A DNA stretch of 64,000 bases from assembly GCF_964194155.1 (NCBI RefSeq), contig NC_135902.1, positions 49,538,001-49,602,000 on the forward strand. Reading direction: 5' to 3'. Under the pieces are notes generated by a model, which saw only the letters and a list, made by a program, of their open reading frames with translations, made no database searches and was not told the DNA's origin. This document shows, piece after piece, positions 47,282 through 60,168 of the stretch (positions are counted from its first letter, which is position 1; each line of letters starts with the position of its first letter). The translations under genes and the position numbers were made by a program. Source of the DNA: Cetorhinus maximus (Eukaryota).

Positions 47282-50200
47282 GTGAGAAGAATTTTATCCA
47301 ACTTTCCAGACAAAATAAATTTATGTCAACTTGACAATTAATAAACGCTGAAATGTTAGTATCTGCAAGGATAAACATTTTATACTTTAAGCTTAATTTT
47401 CTATCTAGAGTATAGGAAGAAGAGAACAACGTGTTTTTGAATAGTCTGAGGAATTGAGCTTTGTATGCAACTTATACAACTATTATATTCAAGGGAAAGA
47501 ATCTTCTTGAAAAAATAAGTGTGAGATGATGCAAATTGAGTCAAAATATGAGTCGTTACAAAATGATGATGAAAGTAGCACTTTGGCTGGTCTCTTTGCC
47601 TTTGGCAATGAAGACAACGCTTGCCCCGGTTATACTAGCGATGCATTTGATAATTCGAACTTCTTTAACATGATGCCGGTAGCACCCCAAAATTGAGTTA
47701 GGGTATTTGGCCAGTGTGGTGCTCCTCTGTGCATGTTTAAGAATCTCTCAGGATCAGTGCATGCTCGGCTTTGTGTTTGTTGATCCAGTTGGAGAAGGGT
47801 CCCTGGGGTTAAAGGAGTGCAAAAAATCAGCTATAGTTCCTGTACCTGATTGTTATTCACTGATATACAGGAGGTCAATTTGTGAGGATACCAAATAAAA
47901 ATAGTTAGCCTCACGGTTAAAACAGCCTCCCAATAAGCACTGCTCAGGCTGACAGTTGAGTGAGTTATTGGAGAAATGGGCACAGTACATGAAAATGTGG
48001 ACCAGCATACCTCAATGTCTTAAAAGAGTTAGGTGCCGTTTATAAGAGTACAAGAACATCATAATCATGTTACTCGCAATAAAGAAATCTGGACTAATAA
48101 TCCAGAGAGCAAAACCCGCCAGAGAAAATGTAATTAAAATTCAGTTAAAATGGAGTCTGGAAACAAAAGCTGGACCAGCATCAATACAAAGATGGGCATG
48201 GAGATACTGTGGTTATTGTAAAAAAAAATACTAACTGCTTCAATGCTGCCTTTAACAAAAGAAGCTGGGATTCTTCTCAGAGAAGAAAAGATCAAAAGAA
48301 GTGTTAACAGAGATGTTCATAGTTCCAAAGGGTTTGATAGAGTACATCGGGAGAACATTTCCACTGGGAGAATGATTGGTAACTAAAGGATACAGATTAA
48401 AGTAATTGGCAAAAAAAAACGCCAGAGGGTAAATAAGGAGAATTATTTCTTTAAACTGGTGAGTTATGATTTGGCGTTCACTGCTGAAAGCAGATTCAAA
48501 AGTAACTTTCAAGAAGGAATTCAAAATATACTTGAGAAGGAAAATATAAACTGCAGGGCTATGGGCAAAAGCCTGGGTGGAGGATTAATTGGATAGCTCT
48601 TTCAAAGAGGCAGCACTGGCACCAAGGGCCAAATGGCCTCCTCTTATGCTGTATGATTTGGGGCTGTTAGGGGTGAGGCTGGGGGGGTGGGGGGAAGAAA
48701 GCAAAATCTGAGCTAGAAGATGTGGTTGGCCAGAAAGGGGGAAATACTTTTGTATTTGTTGTTGTAGCAGCTGTGGTGGTAGAGGAAAGTAAAATAAAAG
48801 TATTTCATTAATCTCAAACTGCAACAGGTGGAAACATTTCCGCAGTTCTGGTGTCTTTTACTCTGTATCTCTGTGATTTCTGTATGTAGAGCTCACACCA
48901 CAATTTGGAAGAACAGGTAGAAGATCTTCCTCCACAGGACTCCAGGGCCCTTCAGTAAATCTGACAAAATTGCCACACAAAAATCGCAGTCGCCCGGAGT
49001 CCAGTTTGCCTGCTCTTGATGCCTTTTTTGAGAGAGAGGAGTCTCCTTTCCAACAATACAAGATAAAAAATGAAAACTCGCACGCAGAGGGCAAACTCAG
49101 CCCCCTAGTTTACTTTGAAAAAAACAGCAAAAGGAATGAGAGCACAGTGAGGCAGAACTACAAGGCAACAGCAAAAGAACATCCTGAGAAGCAGGAAAGA
49201 TGGCAATCAAATGACCTGCGAGGCCTCGTCTCTTCATTTTATCCAGATAAGTCCAGACTGAACAGGTCGCCGACATACTACAGCCTTCTGGCCAAAAGTA
49301 TGCAGGCAAGTTCTTCAACATATCTGACCCACAATTATCATCAGGCTACCTGGCTCCACCATCAGATTGGTGCCACCCATCGTGTAACAAAACAGGGAGA
49401 AAGAGCTACATCTTACAACCTGGACCCTGAGGAGAACAGACCCAGAAAAACCATTCATTACAGAACAAGTGGTACATTTATAAATGGCATCAATTCATCA
49501 TCTGTAACCAACCGTCACCCCTCGAGTTTGCTCTATCACTTTAACATACTCAGAGAAGGTAATTATTATTTTGTTACCGATGCTGATACTGACAAGATTT
49601 TTATTATCGTTGTTAATCTTTCCTCTCCTGAAGACACCAGCATTCTTCAGTACCATGTCCAGGCGGTCAACTTTCATTTATGATGCTGAGCTTTGAGTAT
49701 TAGCAGGTCAATATGTTTGAGAACATTAGAATTGAGCCTGATTGTATTCTCACCTGATGGTCACACACTGAAACTTTCCAGTAGATCAGCGTTCAGCTAG
49801 GAACCATACCTGATCCATTTTTTCTCTTCCTAGCCCATTAATACCAAGGGCCAATTATAAGAGTGCCCATTTCTTTATGCCACTGGGGTGAGATCAGATA
49901 ACTCAGCACAGCACGGAGATCAAATCCAAAACCTTCCTGATCTGTCTTTTAAGCAAAGCCTTGATTTTAAAATGATCATCTCTGACCCTCTATGGCCTCG
50001 GCCCTCCCTATCTCTATCGTCTCCTCCAGCCCTACAACCCTGAGATATGTGCATTCCTCCAATTCTGGCTGCTTGCGAATTCCCGATTTTAATCGTTTTA
50101 CCATTGTCAGCCATGCCTTCAGCTGCCTAGGCCCTAAGTTCTGGAACTTATTCCCTAAACCTTTAACCTCTCTACATCCCTCCATAAGGACACAACTTAA

Positions 50201-53200
50201 AATCAATCTTAACATCATTTGCCCTAATGTGGCTCAGAGTCAAATTTTGTTTGATTATGCCCCATGAAGCACCTTGGGACTTTCAGTACATTAAAAGCAC
50301 TATATAGGTACAAGTTTGTTGTTGGTGAACACCAAACTGACCTGCGAAGCCACTGGAGGGCATGTGAAGAAAGATTTATCTCAAATACACTGTGCTAGCA
50401 ATCTCCCACATGACAGGTGCAGCTGAGATTCTGGGTGGTGGGTTTTAAAGGCATTAATAATGAATCCGAGCAGAGATCATTGCTTGCAGGAAGAATGTCC
50501 TGGGAAATTATGAGGATGTCGCCCATGATCTACCAGGAGTGCACAATCCCAAAAATTACCTCAGATAAACCTTCAAAGCTTTAATAAATTCATTTCACCT
50601 AGCTTATGGATATTGGAATAGATGTGTCTCCTAGTAGCATTGTACTTTCATCTTAAAAGAAAGAGAAACACTATTTAATCCCAGCTTCTGCCAATTGCAG
50701 ATTTGAGCTGGCAGGCTGTGGTTGGTGACCAACAGCTGAGAAAAGGGTGATACACACTTCTTGCTACTCTTTCCCCATGGAAAATTACATAGCCTCCCTT
50801 CACATAGATTCACCACTTACTTTGGTGCTGCCTTTGACATGTATTGATCTATTAGTTAAAAAGGAAAAACAATTAGTTAAAAGTGACAGAGTGGCTGTTT
50901 AGGAACGTTAACATTTGCAGGATCCTTGGACAATATTTGGTTCTTTTTAATAATTTGTGAATTGGAGTAGAGGAATAACTGTTCTGCAATGCTGTCTCAA
51001 AGGTTTTTCAGTTGCTGCTCCTATATTCTAACCCCTCCCTTTGGAAAGCATGGAGAGGACTTGCTCACTTCTTCCAACCGCGATGGGAACAATTTTAAAT
51101 TGCAGGCAACAAAAACAACTGTCCCCAAGCCACTAGTGCCCTCCCTAAATGTTCAGATAGCCGAGAAAGGGGCCCAATTTACTATTTTAACAAGACTTTA
51201 GTTGGGGGAGCATAATGGCTCCCCCAACAAGCCAGGCCTGCTGGAAAAAGAGGCCAGAATTAAAAGAGATGCAACAGGTTTTAGCTCTTTTACCACTTTC
51301 CTTGTAGCAGGCTTCTATTTCGTGCAGGCTTCTTTCATCCAAGGACACCATTGGCTTCCCATACCTCATGGTTTCCCCTATAACTGCAGTTACCTGACCA
51401 AAATTTCCAGAACACAACTTCTGTTGAAGACAATTCCCCTGACACTCCAGCCTCCCGGTGATGTTCACAGTCAGGCAGCTGCTTCCTGGCTATTATGGTT
51501 GGGAAGAAGGCAAGTGGCATTTTAATGATGCCTGGCTGTTAAAATTAAATGAGTCTGTTCTCAGCCCCAGACAAGGCTGACCACTCAATAGAATGCATTC
51601 CCACATGGGAGATAAAATAGAGCCCATTGTGGTCACTGCTGTATATTCATTCATTTGCAACCAGGGCAGGGAGCTTTCCCAATGTCCTGGTGAACATTCA
51701 TCCTGCAACAATCCATCATCAAAATTGGTGATCTCGGCCATTTGTGAGACTGCGCTGTGTACAAATTGGCTACTGCATTTGCTTTCAAAACAACAATCAC
51801 TGCAGTTCAGATGTAATTAATTGGTTATAAAGCATTTTGGAACATGTTGAATTCATGGAAGGTGCTTCCTTAATGAAAGTCTCTTACTTTGTTCTAGTGT
51901 CATAACCACATCTTTTTATATGTTTAGCACTGTCACAAAAGCACATGAAACAGTTAAACATTATGTTAAGGAAAATAGGGATGAGCTGCTTTAGTGATTT
52001 TATATGTAAAATTAAAATTGCAGCAGTATTTTGCTGGCTGTGAGCTCTGTATCAATTCATTAATTAATCTGGCTTTTTGCTTTTATCAAAGATTACAACA
52101 AAGAGTTGTGTTCAATTGAATGTAGAAAGGAAAAGAACGAAAGAGAATTCTACTGCAACAGTGAGTTTGGTAAGAATAGACTGAGATTTCCATGAGGTTT
52201 CGATGTAATTTCTGATCAATTTATTGGATTTGTTTTGGGGTGGGATAGAACAATATGTTTCATGGACCATTTTGATTTTTGCTTCTTTTTGGTACATTTT
52301 GCAGGATTTTGGAGCAGTTTCATATTTAATTAAATATTTATTGCATCGCTTACAGCTTCATATGAGACAATACATCCCAATAAGCTGGGCTGAAAACCAA
52401 CTATTATGGTGTATCAGGTATATTGTGGGAAGATGTTTTGAGGAAAATTCCGTATTTACTTCTCAACTCTTACATAGCACTTAGGAGTAGGCTGTTCAGC
52501 CCTTTGAACCTGCTCTGCCATTCAATGAGATCATGGCTGACCTGGTTCTGGTCTCAAATCCACTTGGCCACCTGCTCCCCTGCACCCCCTACCATAACCT
52601 TCAACTCCCTTGTCTATCAAAAATCTAACTCTGCCTTAAATAAATTCAATGATCTAGCCTCCACTGCTTTCTGGGGAACATAATTCCACATACTAAAGAC
52701 TGAGAGAAAGAAATTCTGCTTATCTCCATCTTAAATGGTAGACCTCTTATTCTTAAACTGTGTCCCCTGGTACTAATCTGTCCCATTAGTGGAAACATAT
52801 TTCCAGTGTCCACCCTGTCAAATCCCCCCAGGATCTTACATGTTTCAATAAGATCACCTCTCATTCTTCTAAACTCCATTGGGTACAGGCCCAAAAGCTG
52901 AATCTTTCCTCATAAAATAAGCCCCTCACCCCAAGAATGAGTCGAGTGAACCTTCTCTGAACTGCTTCTAATGCAATGATATCTTTTTTCAAATAAGGAG
53001 ACCAAAACTGTACACAATATTCCAGATTGTACATAGTGTGACTTTGTATAGCTACAGTAAAACTTCCCTACTTTTATATGCCATTCCCCTTGCAATAAAT
53101 GCCTACATTCCATTTGCCTTCCTTATCACTTGCTGCATCTGCATACTAACTTTTTAGGATTCATATACCAGGATACCCAGATCCTTCTGTACCACCGAGT

Positions 53201-56200
53201 CCTGCAATCTCTCTCCATTTAAATAGTACACTGCTTTTCTATTCTTCCTGCCAAAGTGGATAAGTTCATATTTTCCCATATTATACTCCATCTGTCAAAT
53301 TTTTGCCCACTCACTTAACCTGTCTATATCCCTTTGCAGACTCTCTACCCCCTCTTGGCAACTTACTTTCCTACCTATCTTGGTGCCTTAGTTCAAATTG
53401 TTTCTTTCTTTATACCACTGAATATTTTTGAGCTAAGTGATTACTGTTCGATGAACAGTAACTGCATTTTTGCTATTAATGAAGGGACAGACTTATTTAA
53501 ACAGGTTAAAATAGTAGGGAAAAGAATGTCTTATGAATTTAAACTGTTAGCAATAACTGTGAACAAAGTAAGTCCTAAGCTTTGGTGTCAGAATGAATTA
53601 CTGATCAAAAAACAGTGTCATAAGGAAATAGCTCTTCATTATACTAAATGACACACAGTTTTGCAGCCTTCATCATGAGATGGTCTCCACACCACCCTGC
53701 TCGAGACACTTGTTTGTGCTTTAAAATCCGACAAGGTCAAAGATTTGGTTAACGACTTGCCATGTTTGAGATAAGGAATAGTATACTATTGTTATTTCTG
53801 TTTATATTTCTTCCCATTTACTTCGTGCCTTCATTAACACGCAGCTCTTCAAAATTGGGTTAAACCAAAGAAAATAAGTAATGCTGCGTAGTTTAATCTT
53901 AAATAAGTGCCTTACCATTTAAGGATGAAGAACTGTAGCTATGAGGATAGATTGCAGAGGTAGGGATTATTTTCCTCAGAGAAATGAAGGCTGAAAGGAG
54001 ACTTGATAGAGGTATTCAAAATCCTGAGGAGTACGGACAGGGTAAATTATGAGAAACTGTTCCCACTCAAGAGAACATCAAGAACTAGAGGGCACAGATT
54101 CAAAATAATTGACAAAAGGAGTAAATGTGAAGTGAAGAAAAATGTTTTCACCCAGAGGGTGGTTGGAGTGTGGAACAAATTTCCTGAAAGGGTGATGGGG
54201 GCAGGTTTGATCGAGGTATTCAAAAGGGAATTGGATTGCTTCCTGAAAAGGGGGAATGTGCAAGGTTACAGGGATAAGGCAGGGGAGTGTGACTAGGCGG
54301 ATTGTTCTTTCAGAGAGCAAGTGCCGACTTGGAGGGGCGAATGGCCTCCTTCTGCACTGTAAAGATGCTGGACACTGTGAAGGAGGTCTGAGGCAACAAG
54401 GTTATGATGTATTGAAGCATTAATCAGATGCCAAATTTGAGCAATAGATAATGATTGTCAATTTATGGGCCACAAGCTATCCATAATAGTGGGTTTTGGG
54501 TGTATATTTTCAATCTACCATTTGGGCAGACAACTGGCATTGTGGATCAGTAGCCTGTTATAGAAACTGCCACATTTTCATTTCCATTAAAATCAATGGA
54601 AATGAAACAAAGGATGTTTTTCCTATTGAACATCTGATTTACACCCAGGTGGCAAGTTGAACACCAACTAGTGGTCCATTATCAGATTGCATGAATAATA
54701 CTTTAAGTGTATGGGGGGTGGGGGGGGGGGGGGTGGAGATTTTATGTAATGAGAATATGGATGATGTATGAAATGACAAATAAGCATATTATGAAATGGT
54801 AACGGAGATTGTATAATCCATATTCATTGTACATAGTGGGAAACATTTTAAATACTCCAACAGCATATACAGCAACACATCATTATTTTCTGATCAAGAA
54901 TGTTGTCCAACACATACCACAGTTTCCCATATGGATTGCTGGTAGGGAAGGCATTCTGCCTACAGTACTGACTTCTAAAAATGTCTTGGGTAGGGATAAA
55001 AAGGGCGAGTTATGAGGATTAAATAGCTTGTTTTTGTATGTGAAAGATATGTTGATGAGGACTAAGCTTTGCACATCGATTTTAATCCTCATTCACGTTG
55101 GTGCCAAAAATATGAAATGGGTATGCCACCAAAACATTCAACTGTCCTATACTTATTTTGTATTTTTATCACTTATTTGTTCACCTGGCCCGATCCCTAT
55201 GGTTAGGAGAGTGACGGTTGGGTCTCTGGCTACTGGTAATGCCCCTTCTTCTTCCACTTACCCCTTCCACTGCTGAACATTTGGACTCTGCTGGCGGACC
55301 CTCTTCACATCCTCCTCCAAATTGTCAGGTTACTTGTGAATTAGACCCTTATTATCCACAAACTTATTGTGGATGATTGCTTGGACATCATGGTGCGAAT
55401 GAAAATTTACCTCACGAGTGATGACATCTTGCCTCTTACTGAAACTTTTTCACTTGGCTATCCTTCCTACTACCATCCCCATCTGAACTACCATGGTGGC
55501 GGTGTAGGTCTTATCAAAGCCAAATGAATGATGTCAAGAATTTACTACTGTTCATATTATCTCCAAGCATCAACTTATTCAATTAAGCACACTTTTGTCT
55601 CTGTGATACTTCTCTCTACCTCAGAGACAAAAGTGTGCTCAATTGAGTAAGCTGATGCTTGGAGATGATACGAACACTGGTAAATTCTTTGACATCATTC
55701 ATTGATCATTGATTCTATATCACAAACTTAAACTAATGTATGAGCTCAACTTGCGAAGAAAGATGAATAGACTGCTTAAAATTAACTACTTCCCATGGAG
55801 GATAGTGAATATGTTGAACAGATTGCCCAGGGAAAATGCAGAGGCTCATGTTAGCCAATTCAGAGCAGAGGTTGGATAGCTCTTTGGTGAGGGAGCTGCT
55901 TGAGGAGCCTTAGAGAGAGCATGAGAGAGGAAACTAGAGAGACATGAGTTCAGAGCTAAGGCAGGGAGAATTTAGTGGGCGGTTTGGTGTGTTGTGAAAG
56001 GGGAAGGAACAATAATATAGCTAACATTTTTAGGAGGTCAACAGCATTATCCTTTCTCTGCATTAAGATTCATTTTTGTGGATCCACAAACTAGAAATGT
56101 GCAGACACAATGAGTTGCTGAGCAGGTGCCAGATCTTCTAATTTTCCCACAATTTTGTTCCCACCTTACATCATCTCACCCTAACAGCAAAAAGATGATG

Positions 56201-57952
56201 TGGAAATCTCCTTGTGGGGAAATTGTGGCTTCAGCCTGCCGCCTACATATCCGTAGTACAGCATATAGTGAAGAGGCTGAGCTTCAGATGAAGCTCAGAG
56301 AACTTACGCAATGCTCATAAACCATTTGATTTTCATGTATTATTTTACAACATATCCTAAACCGTATAAAGAGATTCATGTGTATTAATAGAGAATGCTG
56401 GAAATGCAAAAGTCAGCCAGCATTCAGGACAGAAAAATGGATTAATGTTTCATCAGAGACCCAAAACACCAGCCTTTGTTTTTCAGATGTGGATTGGCTC
56501 TCTGTTTAATTGCAGCACTTTCTGCATTTTACGCCAGGTTTCCAACATCCCTGCTATATTTGTATTTTTTTAAACTGTTGCTATTCCTTAATACTGGACA
56601 TCAGAACTGAAAATGTCACGGTGTGGTACTTCAAGTCAATTTTGCTTTCATGCAATAGCAGTGTTCATCTTTCAACAGCAATCAGTGGCATAGTCCATGA
56701 TATAGTGACCCTTGGTAAAGGGCTGCGGCTGGTGACATTACTGGTGGACAGCAACGGATTCTACCGCATGAATCGACTATATGTCACGCCTGATGGTTTC
56801 TTCTTCAAAGTGCACATTCTTGTGGTTGACACTTTCAACTGTAGAAGATCGTGTCCGGACTTGAAGTTTGGTGAGTCTGGTATTCATGATTATTGATGCA
56901 CCACTTTTCATAGGGGCAGGAATGTGTAGAACTAGTTGATTCAATAAGTTAGATATATCCAGCTCTGAGATCTAGGTTCAGAACCATCCTCAATGTTAGC
57001 AATAAAAATGCAACATGAAGTGAACTTCAACTGAGTCAGTTCATTTCCCAGTGGGTCCACAGTCCAATATGTCCTTTAATTTGACTGATACTGATTGGCA
57101 GTATCACTTAGGCCTAGGGACAGTCATTATGGGAAATGGGAGAAATGCAAAAATGGTGCTAAAAAGGTGCACTTCTGAGGATAAAAACTGAGGCTCAATA
57201 TTGGAGCAGAGTAGGAGTTTTATTCCGAATATAGGTGTGCTTTAACTGGGAACCTTTGACGCTATGAGATGCCTGAAACAGAAAGCATTTCATTCTCTAG
57301 CATCAAAAACATCCCATATTTCAACAAGTACAAAATTAAGAAAAGTGCATTTCTTCACCATTATCCCAAATCAGCTTATGAGTCAAGTTCAAAATCTCAT
57401 TAAGCATACCTATCAAAGTTTTGTTAGAAAGTGGTTATATGTGGAAATCATGTGATGTGATTCCAGGACTGCCTGTGATGATCTTTCTTGAAGAATGGCC
57501 ACTTGGAAAATGTACTGGAGTGCTTGTGGAAGCATTCCCAACATCATGCAATGCCTTTGAGTGGGAACATAGGAACAGAAGTAGGCCTTTCTGTCCCTTG
57601 AGTGTGTTTTACAATTCAATTATATCGTAGCTGACCTGATGAGAGGGAGAAAACTAGGGTAAAAAATACAATGAAATAATATGGGGAATGATCGCACCAT
57701 TTCATTAATGTTCTTTCTCCACATTTCTTCTTCTCAGGTGGTAAATACATCATGATGGGCCTGATTTATCACAGGAGATACTCCCTACCCACCTGGGTCC
57801 AAGAACATGTGTCTGGGAAACTGAAGCCAGGAGATGGACTGGTTAGGAGCAGCAGCTACGTGAGACGATATAACAGAAAGAGGGACCAGAGAGTCCAGTT
57901 AGTGCGAGATGAGAAATGTGGAGGAGCTTTTCTAAGGTCTTGGCAGAAATAA
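47209..57952 (+). CDS. C17orf58: UPF0450 protein C17orf58 homologue, secreted NTR-domain protein, 408 aa spliced model
   Basis: Exons 47209-47281, 48890-49558, 52092-52169, 56679-56870, 57738-57952 (73/669/78/192/215 nt = 1227 nt). All introns are phase 1 GT-AG and the frame is continuous. The C-terminal part (MNRLYVTPDGFFFKVHIL...YIMMGLIYHRR...LKPGDGLVRSSSYVRRYNRKR) matches human C17orf58. Confidence 0.88.
48262..48658 (+). mobile_element. CR1 3' fragment
   Basis: aagctgggattcttctc...gggccaaatggcctcctcttatgctgtatgatt. Confidence 0.75.
48890..49558 (+). CDS. C17orf58: C17orf58 coding exon 2, low-complexity linker
   Basis: 669-nt stop-free frame (ORF track 48970-49683), acceptor ...tatgtag|, donor AAG|GTAATT after LLYHFNILRE. 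Confidence 0.8.
49955..50322 (+). mobile_element. L2-type LINE/SINE tail
   Basis: ccatgccttcagctgcctaggccctaagttctggaac...tgaagcaccttggga...gcactatat; a similar tail lies at ~4060-4590. Confidence 0.7.
52092..52169 (+). CDS. C17orf58: C17orf58 coding exon 3 (DYNKELCSIECRKEKNEREFYCNSEF), start of the NTR module
   Basis: Polypyrimidine acceptor, donor G|GTAAGA; C-x3-C...YC-x-SEF pattern typical of NTR starts. Confidence 0.9.
52480..53385 (-). mobile_element. CR1 3' portion
   Basis: LYPMEFRRMRGDLIETCKILGGFDRVD..MFPL. Confidence 0.9.
53920..54365 (+). mobile_element. CR1 3' end
   Basis: IEVFKILRSTDRVNYEKLFPL...TRGHRFK...FTQRVVGVWN..P. Confidence 0.9.
55523..55703. repeat. Long imperfect inverted repeat (~81-bp arms, 18-nt loop)
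   Basis: 55523-55603 is the reverse complement of 55622-55703, with differences mostly transitions. Confidence 0.92.
56388..56565. mobile_element. Degenerate hairpin-type Penelope pLTR remnant
   Basis: agaatgctggaaatgc.../...ttgcagcactttctgcatttt...tttccaacatc resembles 7378-7608. Confidence 0.4.
56679..56870 (+). CDS. C17orf58: C17orf58 coding exon 4 (AISGIVHDIV...SCPDLKF)
   Basis: 192 nt, strong similarity to human C17orf58, donor GTGAGT. Confidence 0.95.
57738..57952 (+). CDS. C17orf58: C17orf58 last coding exon (GGKYIMMG...EKCGGAFLRSWQK*)
   Basis: 215 nt, acceptor ttcttctcag|, TAA stop. Confidence 0.95.
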
Positions 57953-59990
57953 AGTGGGCTGGTGTGTGTTTTATAACATCTGTAACAATAATAGATGTAG
58001 TTTAGAGTTGTTTGTAATTTTTAAAGAATGAAACTGATTCTGTACTTTTTAAATGTACTTTATATAATGTATACTTTTTTTAGTCTGTGATGAGTTTGTC
58101 AAGCTCATCAAGTAAGGGGTGCTATAATTGGTTTTAGCAGCCAAGGGTAGAGATAAGAGTGTATCAACTAGGTCTTCTCCGCATTAATATCCAGTGCCAT
58201 CTGCTGGGGAAAAAAACATGCTTGTGCAATGTTGGGTGATTGGATTCAAATTTGCAAGTTTGATATCACTCAGAATTCCCACATCTTGCTGCCCTTCTGA
58301 TAGCTGCACTCAAAAGAGAGAGAAAAATCTTCCCAGTGAAGGAGGATGACATATAAAGTGGCGACTGTGAGAAAGTAACAACCGTTCCTCTTCCTCTGGG
58401 AAATTGCTGTTTCCGGGAGATCAAAGCAGCCAGAATGGGTGCAGCTCGACTGTCTTTTACACTGAGTTGTTATTCTAAAGGCTGAGATTTCAGGGTCCTC
58501 CAGCAGGTCGAGATTGTAACTATTTCCCCAGAGTCCCTGGAGATCCTAGAGCAAATTTTCTCCATATGGATTGGACACATGAAGAATGCAGACTGTCAGA
58601 GGAGCGACCATCACTCAAATATCAAGCAGCAGAGTGCTTTTTGCAAAGGATACATTTAAAAAAAAAACTTACAAGAGTTATTTTAATAGCAGGGAAAATT
58701 AATACATCTGAAATCAAATGTCTTATTTTTTCTGCTTGCAGTTCAGCTTTATTTTAGTGCAGTTGAAGTAAAGAGGATGTTTGCTGTATTTCTTCTTCCT
58801 CCTCACCCCTGTTGAGCTCCCCACTGTTCGCTCCCATCACCACTTTCTGTTGACAATTGGGGCTCGTCTTTTTCACAGCTGCTGATGCTTCTCTGGGATC
58901 AGCCACTGGTGATACTATTCTATGGGGGAGTATTGGTTACCCCCCACCTCTCCCTTTGCTACCCTGCTGAGGCCTAGCATTCCACACCTGCAGAGCTCTT
59001 CATCTCACCAGCAACTGTTCTATATACAAATTATTGGCCTGGAGTGCATCTGATGTAAAGTTAGACATGGGTAGCCACAGAAGCTCTTTCCCACGCTTTG
59101 TTCATTAGTCTGTGCTTGAGATGTTGCTCCAGTGATCAAATGGAACAGCTGGAAGAGACATAACTGTAGGTTTACTCATGGGGAGGATTGGTTCAGGCAA
59201 ATTGTCGCAGACCAGAGTTTGGAGAAACACTCAAATTGCTCTCAAGTTTATGGTTAGGGAAAGATGCTCCAGTAAATAGTTACAAAACCCTTAATATCAT
59301 AACGGGAGATACTGTACATCAGTGACTCTATTATTCATTGTCACATGAACCTGATTAGAGGTAGCAGTGAGCAAACTTTCTGTATTATTTCCCTTGTGAC
59401 ATTATTTAAGTAGCACCACGAAGCTGAAATATTGTGCTCTCAGTTGATGGCTTCTGTTGTAAAGCACTTGTATGTGCAAATTGAGTGAGGATAAGGTCAC
59501 AGGAAGAGGAGGAGGCCATTCAACTTCTCAAGCCATCCTATTAAACCATGATTTATCTATATCTCAACTTCATTTATGCACAAATATTCCATACCTCTTC
59601 ATATATTTATCAAACAAAAATATATTGATGTCTGAAAGAGCCATTATCTCAGTCCCATTTTTCTAACTCAAAATTTTCTTTTTCAAATTTTTGCTCAAAT
59701 CCCATTATCTGAAAGTTATTGAGTCTTTTACCAATTTTTCTCATCTAAACTCAAGAATTTGGAACACTTTCTCTGCTCAAGTGAAAATTGCTCTGGTCTC
59801 TCTTCATTGCTAAACACTTTCATCCCACATATCAACTTACTAAATCTCTTGAGCATCCTCTTTATGGACCTGACATACTTTCTAAAGTAAGTGTCAAACT
59901 GGACATAGTATTTTTATACCGTACAGATTGGAGCAACTAATGTTAAGGCACAACTTCCACAGGTGCTGGTAAGATGCTTCAGGTTATGAC

Positions 59991-60168
59991 CAGTGTTCTC
60001 TCTAAGCTACACAGCAAACCAGAACGTACTACGAGTGCAAACAGGCCATGCAGAACCAGCATTCCATTTAATACGCGCATATGCTATACAGCCAGAGGGG
60101 TCATACTGTGCAAATAGGCCAGGTGCAAACAGGCCACGTACAACAAAGAAAAATTAGAGGGAATATTC
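59991..60168. mobile_element. hAT-type MITE, 178 bp
   Basis: TIRs CAGTGTTCTCTCTAA / TTAGAGGGAATATTC, 8-bp TSD gttatgac/gttctgac and three internal gtgcaaa(c/t)aggcca repeats. Confidence 0.8.

Noticed and set aside
54577-54608. Short palindrome tttcatttccatt…aatggaaatgaaa
   Set aside because: Looks like the centre of a decayed common MITE; its ends cannot be defined.
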